From contig JBHJGQ010000004.1 in NCBI GenBank assembly GCA_050331595.1, forward strand, positions 140,262 through 204,261: a stretch of 64,000 nt of DNA. Reading direction: 5' to 3'. How positions within the stretch are numbered: the first letter of the stretch is position 1; the number at the start of each line of letters is the position of its first letter. This DNA is from Opitutales bacterium. Lineage in GTDB: Bacteria; Verrucomicrobiota; Verrucomicrobiia; Opitutales; JBHJGM01. The notes beneath the pieces are model-generated. The model was not told the DNA's origin and did no database searches. It saw only the letters and a list, made by a program, of their open reading frames with translations. Below are positions 24,620-34,118 of this stretch, one piece after another. The translations under genes were made by a program, and so were the position numbers.

Positions 24620-27282
24620 CGTGCCTGGTCCTCCTCGGCACCGTAGCGGTGCAGGGTTCCGCGTTTTTCCAGCCGTATGATCAGCCAGAGAATCAGCAGG
24701 CCGAAGATATCGGTGACGATCTGGATGGTCTGGGTGGAGAAGAAATACTCGTAGATTTCCTTGCTGTGGCTGGCGTCGATGGTGTGCCTGGGCACGGTCA
24801 CGTAGACCGGCTGAGCAGCGAACGTGGCGACCATCTTGGGGTACGCCAGCTGCATGTAGGCGAGGTCCGCGCCGCCTTCGGGGTTAAGCTCGGCCAGCCG
24901 CGCGGCCTCTTCTTCGTTGGACGTAGTCAAGTCCTCGGGGTCGGGCTTGACCGTGAGCTTGCCAACCACGCGAATGAAGCCGTTCTGCTGCGTGGCTTCG
25001 GCTTCTTTGAAGAGCGACTCGCTGGCGAAAATGCCGCCGATGATTTCCGGAGTGCTGTCCAGCGGGCTGTTGTCGACGATGTCGAAGGCGATGTCGTAGA
25101 GTCTGGGAAATTCTTCCTCCTGAGCATCGGTTTCAGCGGCCCCGTCGCTGGTGGCGTCTTCAACCGGTGCCTGGACGACGGAGACTGTGGGGATCTCGAA
25201 GCGGTCGGCCTCGCGTCCGTAAACACTGGTGAGCGCCGGCATGATCACCGCCCCCAGTTCGAAGCCCTGCGTGGCGCTCATGCCCGCGTCCACGCCCGTG
25301 CGGAACAGCGCCATGAACCTCGGGTCGAGCCCGAACTCGGCGCGGGCGCCCGGTTCGCCGTTTTTGAGCGATTGGACGGTGATGTCGGCAACAATTTTTT
25401 CGACGGCGTCGCCTTCCTGATCGTCGAGGCCGAACGACTCCAAAATGCCTTCAAAGAAACCGTCTTTCTCTTCGATCCGCCGGGTGACGAGCAGGTGTTC
25501 GGGGCCTTGCAGGTCGCCTTCGAGGCGTTGCCGCAGCTGAAGGAACGCTTCGTCAAAGTCTTTGGCACTGTCGAACTTCTCGGGATCGAGCAGGGGCTCA
25601 ATGGTGCGGACCTCAAACGTGAGCACATCGTTCTCGATGGAGGCGGCTCGAATTTGGTTGCCCGGCGGAAAGCGCTTGCCCTCGACAACCGGTTCAAAGC
25701 GCGACCGCATGGCTTCGGCCCCGAGTTTGAGGGCCTCGTCGATGGCGTCCATGCGTTCCTGCTTGGCTTTGATCTGGGCATCGATCTCTGGGATTTCCTC
25801 CTCAGAGGTGAAGATCCAGTCCTTATCGCCCCTCAGTGCGGCGACCTCATTGACGAGGTCCTCGCGCTCGTTGATCAAGTCTTTGACGTCGGGGTCGTCT
25901 TCGTGGATGCGCCAACGCATGGAGGCATCGCCGGTCTCGCCAAAGCGGAACAGCGGCTTCAAATCGAGCGCATCGGCAGCCACATCGTTGGCTTCGAGCA
26001 TGGCGACCACGGCGTCCTGATCCTTGGCTTCGCCGAAAATCGCCTCCAGGTGGTAGCCCGCTTGCGGAAAGAACAGCCAGGACCACAGCCAGAGCCAGCC
26101 GCCGATCAACAGGCCGATGGAATTGCGGATCAGCGCATTGTAAAGGCCGAGGCCCGCCGTGGCCGAGCCCAGGCGATTGCGGGCCACGTACTCCATCAAC
26201 AGCGGGAAACCAACCACGCCACGCGTCGCCCCAAAGATATACGCGAGGTTGCCGAACAGTACGATCTCGAAGAGCGAAGGGCGCTTGTCGGGCAGGTAGT
26301 AGACGTAGACCGTGTAGGCGATATTGATCACGAGGTTGCCGACCGTGGCCAGCAGGTAGACCCGCATCTTGCTGGTGCGGTCGGCCAGCCAACCCGCGAA
26401 CAAGGAGATGACGATGCCCAACAATACGCCGACCGCGATGGTGTTGCCCATCTCCTGCAGCGAGTAGCCCCACTGCTCCACGAAGAGTAGCGGTTGAATG
26501 AAGTTCACGCTGAAGCTGAACATCAGAAAGGCCGTCGACAGCAGGTACAGCGGCGCGAGGTCCTTGGCGAAGACGTCCTTGAAAAAGGAAAGGAAGAAGT
26601 GCAGCGCCACGCCGCGTTGAATTGGGCGCCCACTGTGGAGACGCTTGCGGCCGGGCGGGTAAATTTCCTTGATGCCCAGAAACTCGAACATCGCCGTGCC
26701 GGCCAACAGCAACGCTGCCAGGACAAACATCACGACCACGCCACTGGAGGAGACGAAGTACGAGAACGGCCCCATGAAGTAGACGTCGTCAAAACGTCCC
26801 AGCAGCAGCCAGAAGAAGACCAGGTTGCCCAGCTGCATGAAGGCACTCATGAAACCGGCGCTGCGACCGCGTTGCGGGTCGGGCACAATCTCGTAAGCGA
26901 GCGCCTGGGTCGGCGCGGAGAGGTCGCCGAAGAAGCCGTAGAGCCAGCGCAGAATGATCAGGACCCAAAGGTTGGGCGCGAAGGGCATCGCAATGAGGAT
27001 AAAGCCCCGAATCGCATCCGAACTGGCCTGAAAGTACTTGCGTCGACCGTAGCGCGTCCAGATGCGGTCGCTCAGCCAGGAGACGAAGGGTCCGCCCAGA
27101 AGCGTAATGTAGACCTCCAGCCCGATGAGCGCCAGAATAGCCGCCGGGTTGTCGATGAAGCGCTTGATCAGCAGCAGGAACGGCGCGTTGATCACCATGT
27201 TCCCGTAGATGGTCAGAATCAGGGGCAGCTGGGCGTAGAAGGCCCAATGGGTCGGGATCTTTTTCTTGCGGGTGATGATCAT
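24616..27282 (-). CDS. GPH/MFS-type transporter fused to a ~430-aa acidic soluble domain and a terminal extra TM helix
   Basis: The N-terminal ~420 aa are multi-TM with the GPH-like loop 'SDRIWTRYGRRKYF'. A hydrophilic D/E-rich region follows with no motif I recognise, and the protein ends in the TM 'IQIVTDIFGLLILWLIIRL'. Confidence 0.72.
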   Translation of the reverse strand: MIITRKKKIPTHWAFYAQLPLILTIYGNMVINAPFLLLIKRFIDNPAAILALIGLEVYITLLGGPFVSWLSDRIWTRYGRRKYFQASSDAIRGFILIAMPFAPNLWVLIILRWLYGFFGDLSAPTQALAYEIVPDPQRGRSAGFMSAFMQLGNLVFFWLLLGRFDDVYFMGPFSYFVSSSGVVVMFVLAALLLAGTAMFEFLGIKEIYPPGRKRLHSGRPIQRGVALHFFLSFFKDVFAKDLAPLYLLSTAFLMFSFSVNFIQPLLFVEQWGYSLQEMGNTIAVGVLLGIVISLFAGWLADRTSKMRVYLLATVGNLVINIAYTVYVYYLPDKRPSLFEIVLFGNLAYIFGATRGVVGFPLLMEYVARNRLGSATAGLGLYNALIRNSIGLLIGGWLWLWSWLFFPQAGYHLEAIFGEAKDQDAVVAMLEANDVAADALDLKPLFRFGETGDASMRWRIHEDDPDVKDLINEREDLVNEVAALRGDKDWIFTSEEEIPEIDAQIKAKQERMDAIDEALKLGAEAMRSRFEPVVEGKRFPPGNQIRAASIENDVLTFEVRTIEPLLDPEKFDSAKDFDEAFLQLRQRLEGDLQGPEHLLVTRRIEEKDGFFEGILESFGLDDQEGDAVEKIVADITVQSLKNGEPGARAEFGLDPRFMALFRTGVDAGMSATQGFELGAVIMPALTSVYGREADRFEIPTVSVVQAPVEDATSDGAAETDAQEEEFPRLYDIAFDIVDNSPLDSTPEIIGGIFASESLFKEAEATQQNGFIRVVGKLTVKPDPEDLTTSNEEEAARLAELNPEGGADLAYMQLAYPKMVATFAAQPVYVTVPRHTIDASHSKEIYEYFFSTQTIQIVTDIFGLLILWLIIRLEKRGTLHRYGAEEDQAR

Positions 27283-27550
27283 CGCGGCAGCAAAGGGGCT
27301 TGAAGCAGGGGCGGGTCAGTCGGGAATATCAGGCAATCAAGGGGGCACCTTAGGGCTCGGGCGGGTGATCGGGAAGCCTTGATTTACGCACCTCCCTATT
27401 GCAATCAGGAATCGCCTACCAGCTGCGCAACGCACCGTTGCGCCTAGTGCCAAGACCCTGAGGGCAAGGCGCTTGAGTTCTCTGTCAGGCCTTCCGAAGA
27501 GGTTGCTTCTGACACATTAAAGCAGAGCTAATTTCGTGCTCCTGGTATGC

Positions 27551-29080
27551 TCAGCGAGGGCCGTAGCGCAACCGGGTGCAGGCGAAGGTGGAGGCGCCCT
27601 CGGCAAAGAGGGCGAGGTACACGCCGGTGAACCGTCCGCCGAACTCAGTCGACATCAAGCGTGCATCGAAGGTGCGCACGCGCTTCTCCACGGACGCCAC
27701 GCGAATGATGAAATGGTAGGCGAGGGGTTCGGCCTCGACGATCAGCGAGAGGGGTGGGTTCGATGGTTGCGCCTGCGCAGCGACCAGCGGGAAGGCGTCT
27801 TCCAGGATCAGTTCGCCCAGCTGCAGGCGCGTGAAGCCCTCCATCGTGTGGTCCGCGCGGCGGATGCCGAGGCAGGCGTGGTAGCTGGGATTTTGAAAAA
27901 CGGTCAGGCCACCGCCGTCGCCGGGGTCGATGGGTTCGAGGTCGATTTCGAGGCGAAAGCTGTGGTCACGCTGGCGGGTGCCGCGCCAGGTAACGCGTTC
28001 GCCGAAGCAGTGTAAGGGTGCGCCTCCGGAGAAACGGAGGCATCCATCGCCCGAGCGCTGGAAGTCGCCCGCATGGGTTTCGCGCAAGGCGTTCCATTCG
28101 AGCGGCCAGTCTTCGGTCTCAAACGTATCTTCGAAGGTGGTCTCGATCGGCGGGCCAAGGGCGTGTGCTGGCAGCTTTCCGTCGTCCCCAAAGACCGGCC
28201 ACCCATCTTCCTTCCACTGGACGGGAAACAGGAAGGTCTCCCGGCCCAGGACATGGAAGTGATGGTAGCCTTGCGGCCGTATGCCGTGGCAAACGCCCAG
28301 CCACTGGCCGTTTGCCCCTTCGACCAGGTCGCAATGCCCGACCGCATGGACCGCCGTTGGCAGGCTGCGATGGGTGAGTACGGGGTTGTGCGGGCAGGGC
28401 TCAAACGGGCCGCGCACTGAACGGCTGCGCGCGAGGGTCTGCATGTGGCCGTATTCGGTGCCGCCCTCGGCGATGCACAGGTAGTACACGCCGTCTTTCA
28501 GATACAGGTGCGGACCCTCCGGGCCGAGTCCGCCGGTGCCGTTCCAAAGGGTTCGCGGGGCTTCCAGAAGTTTGCCGGTTTTCAGGTCGATGGCCGCCTG
28601 CGCAATGCAGATCTCCTCAGCGGGTTGCCCCGGTTGTTTCCAACTCCACTGGGCGTAGCAGGTGTTGTCGCTGTCCCAGAAGAGGTCGGGGTCGATGCCG
28701 GGCATACCATCGATCCAGACCGGTTCGGACCAGTCACCGCAGGGGTTCTCAGTCGTGACGAAAAAGTTGCGGCGGTGCGTTTCGTGCGGGGCCGCGGTGT
28801 TGGTGGTGATGCAGTAAAAAGTGCCGTCGCGATAGCGCAGGGTTGGCGCGTAAATGCCGCCCGAAATCCAGGCGTCGCGCAGGGGCAATTGCGACGGGCG
28901 GTTGAGGATGTGCCCGATCGGCGTCCAGTGCTGCAAGTCGCGGCTGTGGAACAGTGGAAGCCCGGGGAAGTACTCAAAGGAGCTGGTGGTGAGGAAGTAA
29001 TCCTCGCCCGCACAACAGATGGACGGGTCGGGAAAAAAGCCGGGCAGGGTGGGGCTCAGTTCCTCGTGCACCGGTTTCAT
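27551..29080 (-). CDS. GH43 beta-xylosidase/alpha-L-arabinofuranosidase-type glycoside hydrolase with C-terminal beta-sandwich
   Basis: 'LPGFFPDPSICCAGEDYFLTTSSFEYFPGLPLFHSRDLQHWTPIGHIL' is the classic XynB-type GH43 N-terminus. Also 'EGPHLYLKDGVYYL'. No signal peptide. Confidence 0.87.
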   Translation of the reverse strand: MKPVHEELSPTLPGFFPDPSICCAGEDYFLTTSSFEYFPGLPLFHSRDLQHWTPIGHILNRPSQLPLRDAWISGGIYAPTLRYRDGTFYCITTNTAAPHETHRRNFFVTTENPCGDWSEPVWIDGMPGIDPDLFWDSDNTCYAQWSWKQPGQPAEEICIAQAAIDLKTGKLLEAPRTLWNGTGGLGPEGPHLYLKDGVYYLCIAEGGTEYGHMQTLARSRSVRGPFEPCPHNPVLTHRSLPTAVHAVGHCDLVEGANGQWLGVCHGIRPQGYHHFHVLGRETFLFPVQWKEDGWPVFGDDGKLPAHALGPPIETTFEDTFETEDWPLEWNALRETHAGDFQRSGDGCLRFSGGAPLHCFGERVTWRGTRQRDHSFRLEIDLEPIDPGDGGGLTVFQNPSYHACLGIRRADHTMEGFTRLQLGELILEDAFPLVAAQAQPSNPPLSLIVEAEPLAYHFIIRVASVEKRVRTFDARLMSTEFGGRFTGVYLALFAEGASTFACTRLRYGPR

Positions 29081-30340
29081 TTAGGGATACAAACGCGTGT
29101 GCGCAATGCTGCGGCGGAGATGCTCCTTCTGGTCGGAGTTGAGGGTGGATTGCTCGATGGCGGCCTGAGCCTGTTCGGGCGCATGCTCCACCCATTGCTT
29201 GGCGGTCGCCATGAGGATTTCGCGCTGGCGCTCCGGATCGTTGACGAGATGGATGTTCTCGAAGGTGTAAGCAGGGCGGTACAGACCCACCGAGGCGAGG
29301 TAGCCGGCCATGGCCTCTTCCAAGGCAGGGGACTCGGGGAAGTCTTCCAAAAGAGTGACGGGCATCGTGTAGTTCTGGTCGCGCTCCAGCATCTCCGCGG
29401 TGTAAGCAGCAAAGGCCCAGTGCACGGAGGCACGCTGCGGGTCCGAGGGTTTCAGCGCGTAGACCCAGTGGATGGCCGCGGTGGGGTCATGGTGCAGCCA
29501 GGGCTCCAGCACCACGTCCAACACCAGGTCGCGGTTTGGCAGGGAGTCCCAGGTGGCGGTCAGGTGCGCGGCCTCGGCGGGATTATCAATCGCGAGGATG
29601 CGCACGGCGGTGGTCAGGGCTCCGGTTCGCAGCGCTTCGTCCTCCAGGTTTGTGGCCCAGTCGATCAGGTCGCGGGTGGGGAGCTGGGAGTGCTCGACAT
29701 AGGTCCGGGCGCCGGCCAGGCGAGCCCGGTCGTTGGGCCAGGCGGCGATCCGCGCCAGGACTTCGGCGTCGTCAGCAATCCCGGTGAGGTGCCTGACCGT
29801 TTGCTCGGCCAGCCGTCGGGCCTCTTCGGAATCCAGGTCAGGCTGACCTTGCAGCCACGTCGAGGCGACACGCGCATCGGTGGTGAGCCAGTGGCGATAG
29901 ATGTCGTCGCGTACCTCTGCGCGCAGCTTGATCGAGCCCACCGCCTCGGAGTGCTGCAGGGCCCCGGGCGGATCCAGCCTGCCCCAGGCGGCAAAGAGAA
30001 ATTGCAGGAAAAGGTCGCGGTCAGGCCCGGCAGGCATGGCTTGAATGGACTCCAGGGCCTGCGGGAAGTCGGCCAAAGCCAGCGTATCGACAAAACGCAT
30101 ACGATGGGGCTGGTAAAGATTGCCCGAGGCCAGCAGGTGACGGAGTTGCGTCAGGCCGTCGGAATCCACTCTGAGCTTGTCCGAGTCCACGCGGGTGAGG
30201 GCCTTTTTGTGTGCGCTGTGTTCCGTTGCGGATGGCGAGGGTGTTTGAGGCGGCGTGGGCCCGAGCAGCCACGTCAACGCCAGAAGGAGTAAAGCCGCCA
30301 TCACGGCAGGAAAGAGCCAGGGTAGAGCGCGATGCTTCAT
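29081..30340 (-). CDS. N-terminally anchored protein of unknown function
   Basis: 'MKHRALPWLFPAVMAALLLLALTWLL' is a signal/anchor, followed by a helical, Trp/Leu-rich sequence with no motif I recognise. The stop abuts the GH43 start codon. Confidence 0.5.
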   Translation of the reverse strand: MKHRALPWLFPAVMAALLLLALTWLLGPTPPQTPSPSATEHSAHKKALTRVDSDKLRVDSDGLTQLRHLLASGNLYQPHRMRFVDTLALADFPQALESIQAMPAGPDRDLFLQFLFAAWGRLDPPGALQHSEAVGSIKLRAEVRDDIYRHWLTTDARVASTWLQGQPDLDSEEARRLAEQTVRHLTGIADDAEVLARIAAWPNDRARLAGARTYVEHSQLPTRDLIDWATNLEDEALRTGALTTAVRILAIDNPAEAAHLTATWDSLPNRDLVLDVVLEPWLHHDPTAAIHWVYALKPSDPQRASVHWAFAAYTAEMLERDQNYTMPVTLLEDFPESPALEEAMAGYLASVGLYRPAYTFENIHLVNDPERQREILMATAKQWVEHAPEQAQAAIEQSTLNSDQKEHLRRSIAHTRLYP

Positions 30341-30435
30341 GCTGTGGAAAGTTTGATTCGGGGCTCGCGACAACGGGTTCGGACCGCTGCCGCGAAACGG
30401 GTTTGTGTGGTTGGATGGCTTCTTGTGAAGGTAAC

Positions 30436-33400
30436 CTATTGCTTGGTGAAACGCGCGCCGTCGGCCACCGGGCGAGCGTTGCCCCCGGCGTTGGTCAGGT
30501 TGGCGGAGACGACCTCCATGTAGGCGCCGTTGGTGAGGTTGAAGGTACCCAGCGAAACCCAGGTGCCCTTGTTGGCCACAGCGTTGACGGTCACGGTGGT
30601 GGTTCCGCCGTCGTGCGAGACGCGGTACTGTGCGTTGGTCGCGTTGCGCGGGTGGTTGGGGATGGCCACCTCGACTTCGTAGGAGCCTGCCTCACCCGCA
30701 AGGTTTGGCGTGAAACGCGCGACATCGCCCGTATTGCTACCGGTGATGCGGGTACCGCCGCCGTTGATGGAACTGCCCGAGTCCCACCAGTTGCCGGTTT
30801 CCGAGTAGCCGGGTGACCCGGTTGTTTCGGTTCCATTGTCCAGGGTGAGCGTCAGGCCTGGGGTGCCCCCGCCTCCACCACCTCCGCCGCCACCGCCACC
30901 GGCGGTGCCGCCGTTGCGCTTGAAGCTGAGGTCATCGATCCGCATGCGGTCATTCCCGCTGACGGAGTCCTTGTCGGCGTTGAAGACAATGTAGATGAAC
31001 TGATAGCCCCCAGCGCCGAGGTTGACGTTGTAGCTGAAGTTGTCGAAGCCGCCCGTGTCGCCGTTGGCAATGTCGCCCGAGGCGAAGAGCTGCTGCGCCT
31101 GGAAGGGCGTGTAGGTGAGGCTCTCGTTTTTGACGGTGATGTTCTGGTTAATGAGATCCCAACCGTCGAGGCGGCCATACCCGTTCACGCCGAAGACGTA
31201 GACTTTCATCTCGTTACCGCTGCCGGCCACTTCGTCGTTGAAGAACTTGAACTTGAGCTTGTGCGTCCCCTGGGCCGCCTGGGCGTTGGGCAGCATGTAG
31301 CCCACCCAGGTGCCGCGTTCACTGGTGTCATCGAGTTCGAAGTAACCGTTGCCGGACTTGTGCGACCACATCGAGCGGTTGTTGCCGAAGATGGTCCAGC
31401 CGGCTTTGTCGATGAAGAGCCCGCTCGTCGTCTGGTTGACGGACACACCCGAGGCAGGGTTGCCATCGGGGATCCACTCCTTGCCGGTGTCTTCCCAGAT
31501 GTTGACGGTATCGGAGAACGTATCCGAGGCACCGTGGGCATCGTACACGGTCAGCGTAACGTTCTTGTTGCCGTCGCTGGCGTAGTTGTGGCGCACCTTT
31601 TCGCCGTAGGCCGTAGTGCCATCGCCGAGGTTCCAGACGTAGAAGGGCAGGTCGTTCACGTTGCCTACCGGGTGGTCGGTCGTGTCCCATTCAGGCGTGT
31701 AGTCGGGGTCATTCGAACCGGAGGCATCGAATTCGCGCGCTCGCCCGCCCAGCGAGTTCACCACGAAGCTGGCGTTGGGGTCCTGGTTGCCCGTAACTTC
31801 GACAGCGGTGAAGTTTTGGACGAGTTGGATGCCCGTGTTGAACGGCGGCGCGTTGTAGCCGGCCGGGTTGTCCGAGGGCAAGTTGCCGGTGCGGCCGAAG
31901 CCAGCCTGGAAGTGCCGGTCGTTGTGGGCGAAGTAGCCGCCTTTGACGATCATGTTGATCCAGTCCGGCTCCTCGTTCCAGTTGTCTTTCAAGCCCTGGC
32001 CGCCGGTCTGTCCCATGTGCAGGGCCCACTCCCAGCCCTGCAGGTTTGGATTGTCGATGATGATGCCACGCACGTTTTTGTTGAAGGAGATGGCACCGCC
32101 GCCGTCGCCAAAGCCCTGCGCGCCGTCGGCCCCTTGAATGAAGTCGCCCGGCATGGGGGTGCTGGTGTCGCCGATGATCTTGAAGTCCTTCAACTCCTGG
32201 TAGGCGGCGTAGGTGGACTCATAGCCGTAGCGTCGCAGTGCCCATGCGGTGAAGCCGTCCACGGTGTTGTACATCTCAGCGTTGAGGACCGGAAATCCCG
32301 AGGTGCCGGAATGGAAGCCGGAGTCGTCGCGGGATGGTCCGGCCAGACGCAACCCGCCGTGCGTGTTGTAGGCAATGAAGTCCTTGAAGCTCTGGATCGG
32401 CACACGGGCGGCGTTGAAGGTGCTCGCACCTTCGGCCAGGAATTGCAGGTCGGCTGGCAGCGCGGAGGTGGGCACGTCGATCTCAAGCCCTTTGTTTTCG
32501 AGTGCGCCCCAGACAAAACAGCCCAGGCGGTCCATCCCGGCGGCCACGTTGCCTTCGAATTCTTTGGCGGCGATGGGCATCTGATACCAGAAGCCGACGC
32601 CTTCGAGCGCAAAGTCGTTGTTGTTGGCGCGCGACTGGAAGGTGCTGCCGGTGTCGTGGGAGTTCGGCGCGCCCTTGCCTTTGATGGCGATGTTGTCGTT
32701 CCAGATGGCGACCTCATCGCCGTCTTCGGTGACGAAGTGCGAGCCGAGCACGTCGTAGGCCACGCAGTTTTCGATGCGCCCGTAGCTGCCGTGCACTACG
32801 TAGCCCCAGCCCACGCCGTCCTCGATGGAGCAATCGGTTACGGTGATCGGGGTGCGCGAGGCGATGTTGTCGATGCCGGCCTTGTGCATGTGCAGGGCGT
32901 AGCGTCCGCGCGGGTTGGCGCCGCCCCCGGTCTGCACACCGCTGTTATTGACGATGGGATCGGTGATGGGGATCGTCTTGTCCGTACGTCCCAGCGAGAG
33001 GATCTGCACGCCGTGCACAATGACATCGTCGTTGTGCATGAACATGAGGTGGCCGCGCTGCTGTGTTGGCGTGGCGTCTTCGTCTTCGGACTTGAGCACG
33101 ATGTTGCGCGTCAAGTTGGCCACATGCAGTTTCAGCCCATGACCGGAGGGTACGGTGTGGTCAAAACTCAGCGCGTCCACCGTTAGATTCTTGCCGCTTT
33201 TGCCCAGGATGACGCGTTTCTCGTCGTGCGAGAAGTTGGCGTGGGAGGCGTTCCAATAGGTGCCGGTGAGGACGATCTCATCGCCGACGACCCAGTCTGA
33301 GGGAACATTCTGCGCCAGCGTGATGACCGTGTCACCGTCGTCGAGGCTGGCCCCGTTGGTTGGGCGAAAGGCGGTCTTGTCCTTGCCGTAGATGCGCAGT

Positions 33401-33897
33401 TGACCCTGCGTGACCAGCCCGCGACCGACCTCGAAGGGATCGGCGGAAACGTTGAGCGGCCCGTCGTTGGTGAAGATGATGGTCGCCTTGTCGGTGATCC
33501 GTGCGGAGGGCGTGCCGATGTGAATCTTGCTGGCGGCCTCGCCGATGATGTGCTCGACGAAGAGCTTGGTCGTCGCGTTGGTCTTCCACTTCAACGTGCC
33601 GTTATCATCAACGCGAATCCAGCGAATACGCGTGTTGTTGTTGGCGTTGTAGGTGACGGTGCGATTCGCCGGGATGTGCACCCGCGCATTGTTGCCGGGA
33701 ACGCCATTGTCCCAGGTGCCCGGGCTGGTCCAGTTGCCGTTGCTAACGGCGGTGTGGGTGGCTTGACTGACGGGAACAAGGCTGAGCATGCCTTGGTGAT
33801 CCATGGACATGGACGAGAGGGTGGGCGCGGCACAGCTCAGAGCCAGTGCACCGGCCACGAGGAGCTTGCCGAAGCTCCGGGGTAGCTTGGTCAACAT
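30436..33897 (-). CDS. Secreted G8-domain / right-handed beta-helix protein with PKD domain, poly-Gly linker and golvesin-C-like terminal domain
   Basis: Signal peptide 'MLTKLPRSFGKLLVAGALALSCAAP'. G8-like 'NWTSPGTWDNGVPGNNARVHIPANRTVTYN...LRIYGKDK'. PKD 'NLGDGTTAYGEKVRHNYASDGNKNVTLTVYDAHG'. A run of 12 glycines. C-terminal 'YRVSHDGGTTTVTVNAVANKGTWVSLGTFNL...ADGARF'. Confidence 0.72.
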   Translation of the reverse strand: MLTKLPRSFGKLLVAGALALSCAAPTLSSMSMDHQGMLSLVPVSQATHTAVSNGNWTSPGTWDNGVPGNNARVHIPANRTVTYNANNNTRIRWIRVDDNGTLKWKTNATTKLFVEHIIGEAASKIHIGTPSARITDKATIIFTNDGPLNVSADPFEVGRGLVTQGQLRIYGKDKTAFRPTNGASLDDGDTVITLAQNVPSDWVVGDEIVLTGTYWNASHANFSHDEKRVILGKSGKNLTVDALSFDHTVPSGHGLKLHVANLTRNIVLKSEDEDATPTQQRGHLMFMHNDDVIVHGVQILSLGRTDKTIPITDPIVNNSGVQTGGGANPRGRYALHMHKAGIDNIASRTPITVTDCSIEDGVGWGYVVHGSYGRIENCVAYDVLGSHFVTEDGDEVAIWNDNIAIKGKGAPNSHDTGSTFQSRANNNDFALEGVGFWYQMPIAAKEFEGNVAAGMDRLGCFVWGALENKGLEIDVPTSALPADLQFLAEGASTFNAARVPIQSFKDFIAYNTHGGLRLAGPSRDDSGFHSGTSGFPVLNAEMYNTVDGFTAWALRRYGYESTYAAYQELKDFKIIGDTSTPMPGDFIQGADGAQGFGDGGGAISFNKNVRGIIIDNPNLQGWEWALHMGQTGGQGLKDNWNEEPDWINMIVKGGYFAHNDRHFQAGFGRTGNLPSDNPAGYNAPPFNTGIQLVQNFTAVEVTGNQDPNASFVVNSLGGRAREFDASGSNDPDYTPEWDTTDHPVGNVNDLPFYVWNLGDGTTAYGEKVRHNYASDGNKNVTLTVYDAHGASDTFSDTVNIWEDTGKEWIPDGNPASGVSVNQTTSGLFIDKAGWTIFGNNRSMWSHKSGNGYFELDDTSERGTWVGYMLPNAQAAQGTHKLKFKFFNDEVAGSGNEMKVYVFGVNGYGRLDGWDLINQNITVKNESLTYTPFQAQQLFASGDIANGDTGGFDNFSYNVNLGAGGYQFIYIVFNADKDSVSGNDRMRIDDLSFKRNGGTAGGGGGGGGGGGGTPGLTLTLDNGTETTGSPGYSETGNWWDSGSSINGGGTRITGSNTGDVARFTPNLAGEAGSYEVEVAIPNHPRNATNAQYRVSHDGGTTTVTVNAVANKGTWVSLGTFNLTNGAYMEVVSANLTNAGGNARPVADGARFTKQ

Positions 33898-34118
33898 GAC
33901 GGTAGGTAGGTTGGCGCAAACCCGCCGCAGCCGGCTCACGCGTCGTTTGGTTTTGCCGACCGCGCCAGTGTATTCAAAAGCCCAGGACGGGCTGTGGGCG
34001 CGGGGCAACTGTGGGTATATGCAATCGAGACATAGGCTGCTTTGCGCAGCCGCATCCAGTGTTCAATTGGATGTAGATCGTATAAACGAAAGTGCATTCT
34101 TGTCGGAACGGCGCAGTC

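Noticed and set aside
27283-27550. Hairpins in the MFS/GH43 intergenic region (GCGCAACG-cac-CGTTGCGC at about 27426-27444, and TGTCAG...CTGACA) as a terminator or riboregulator.
   Set aside because: These are short stems without a U-tract on either strand, so the role is ambiguous. The evidence is insufficient to annotate them.
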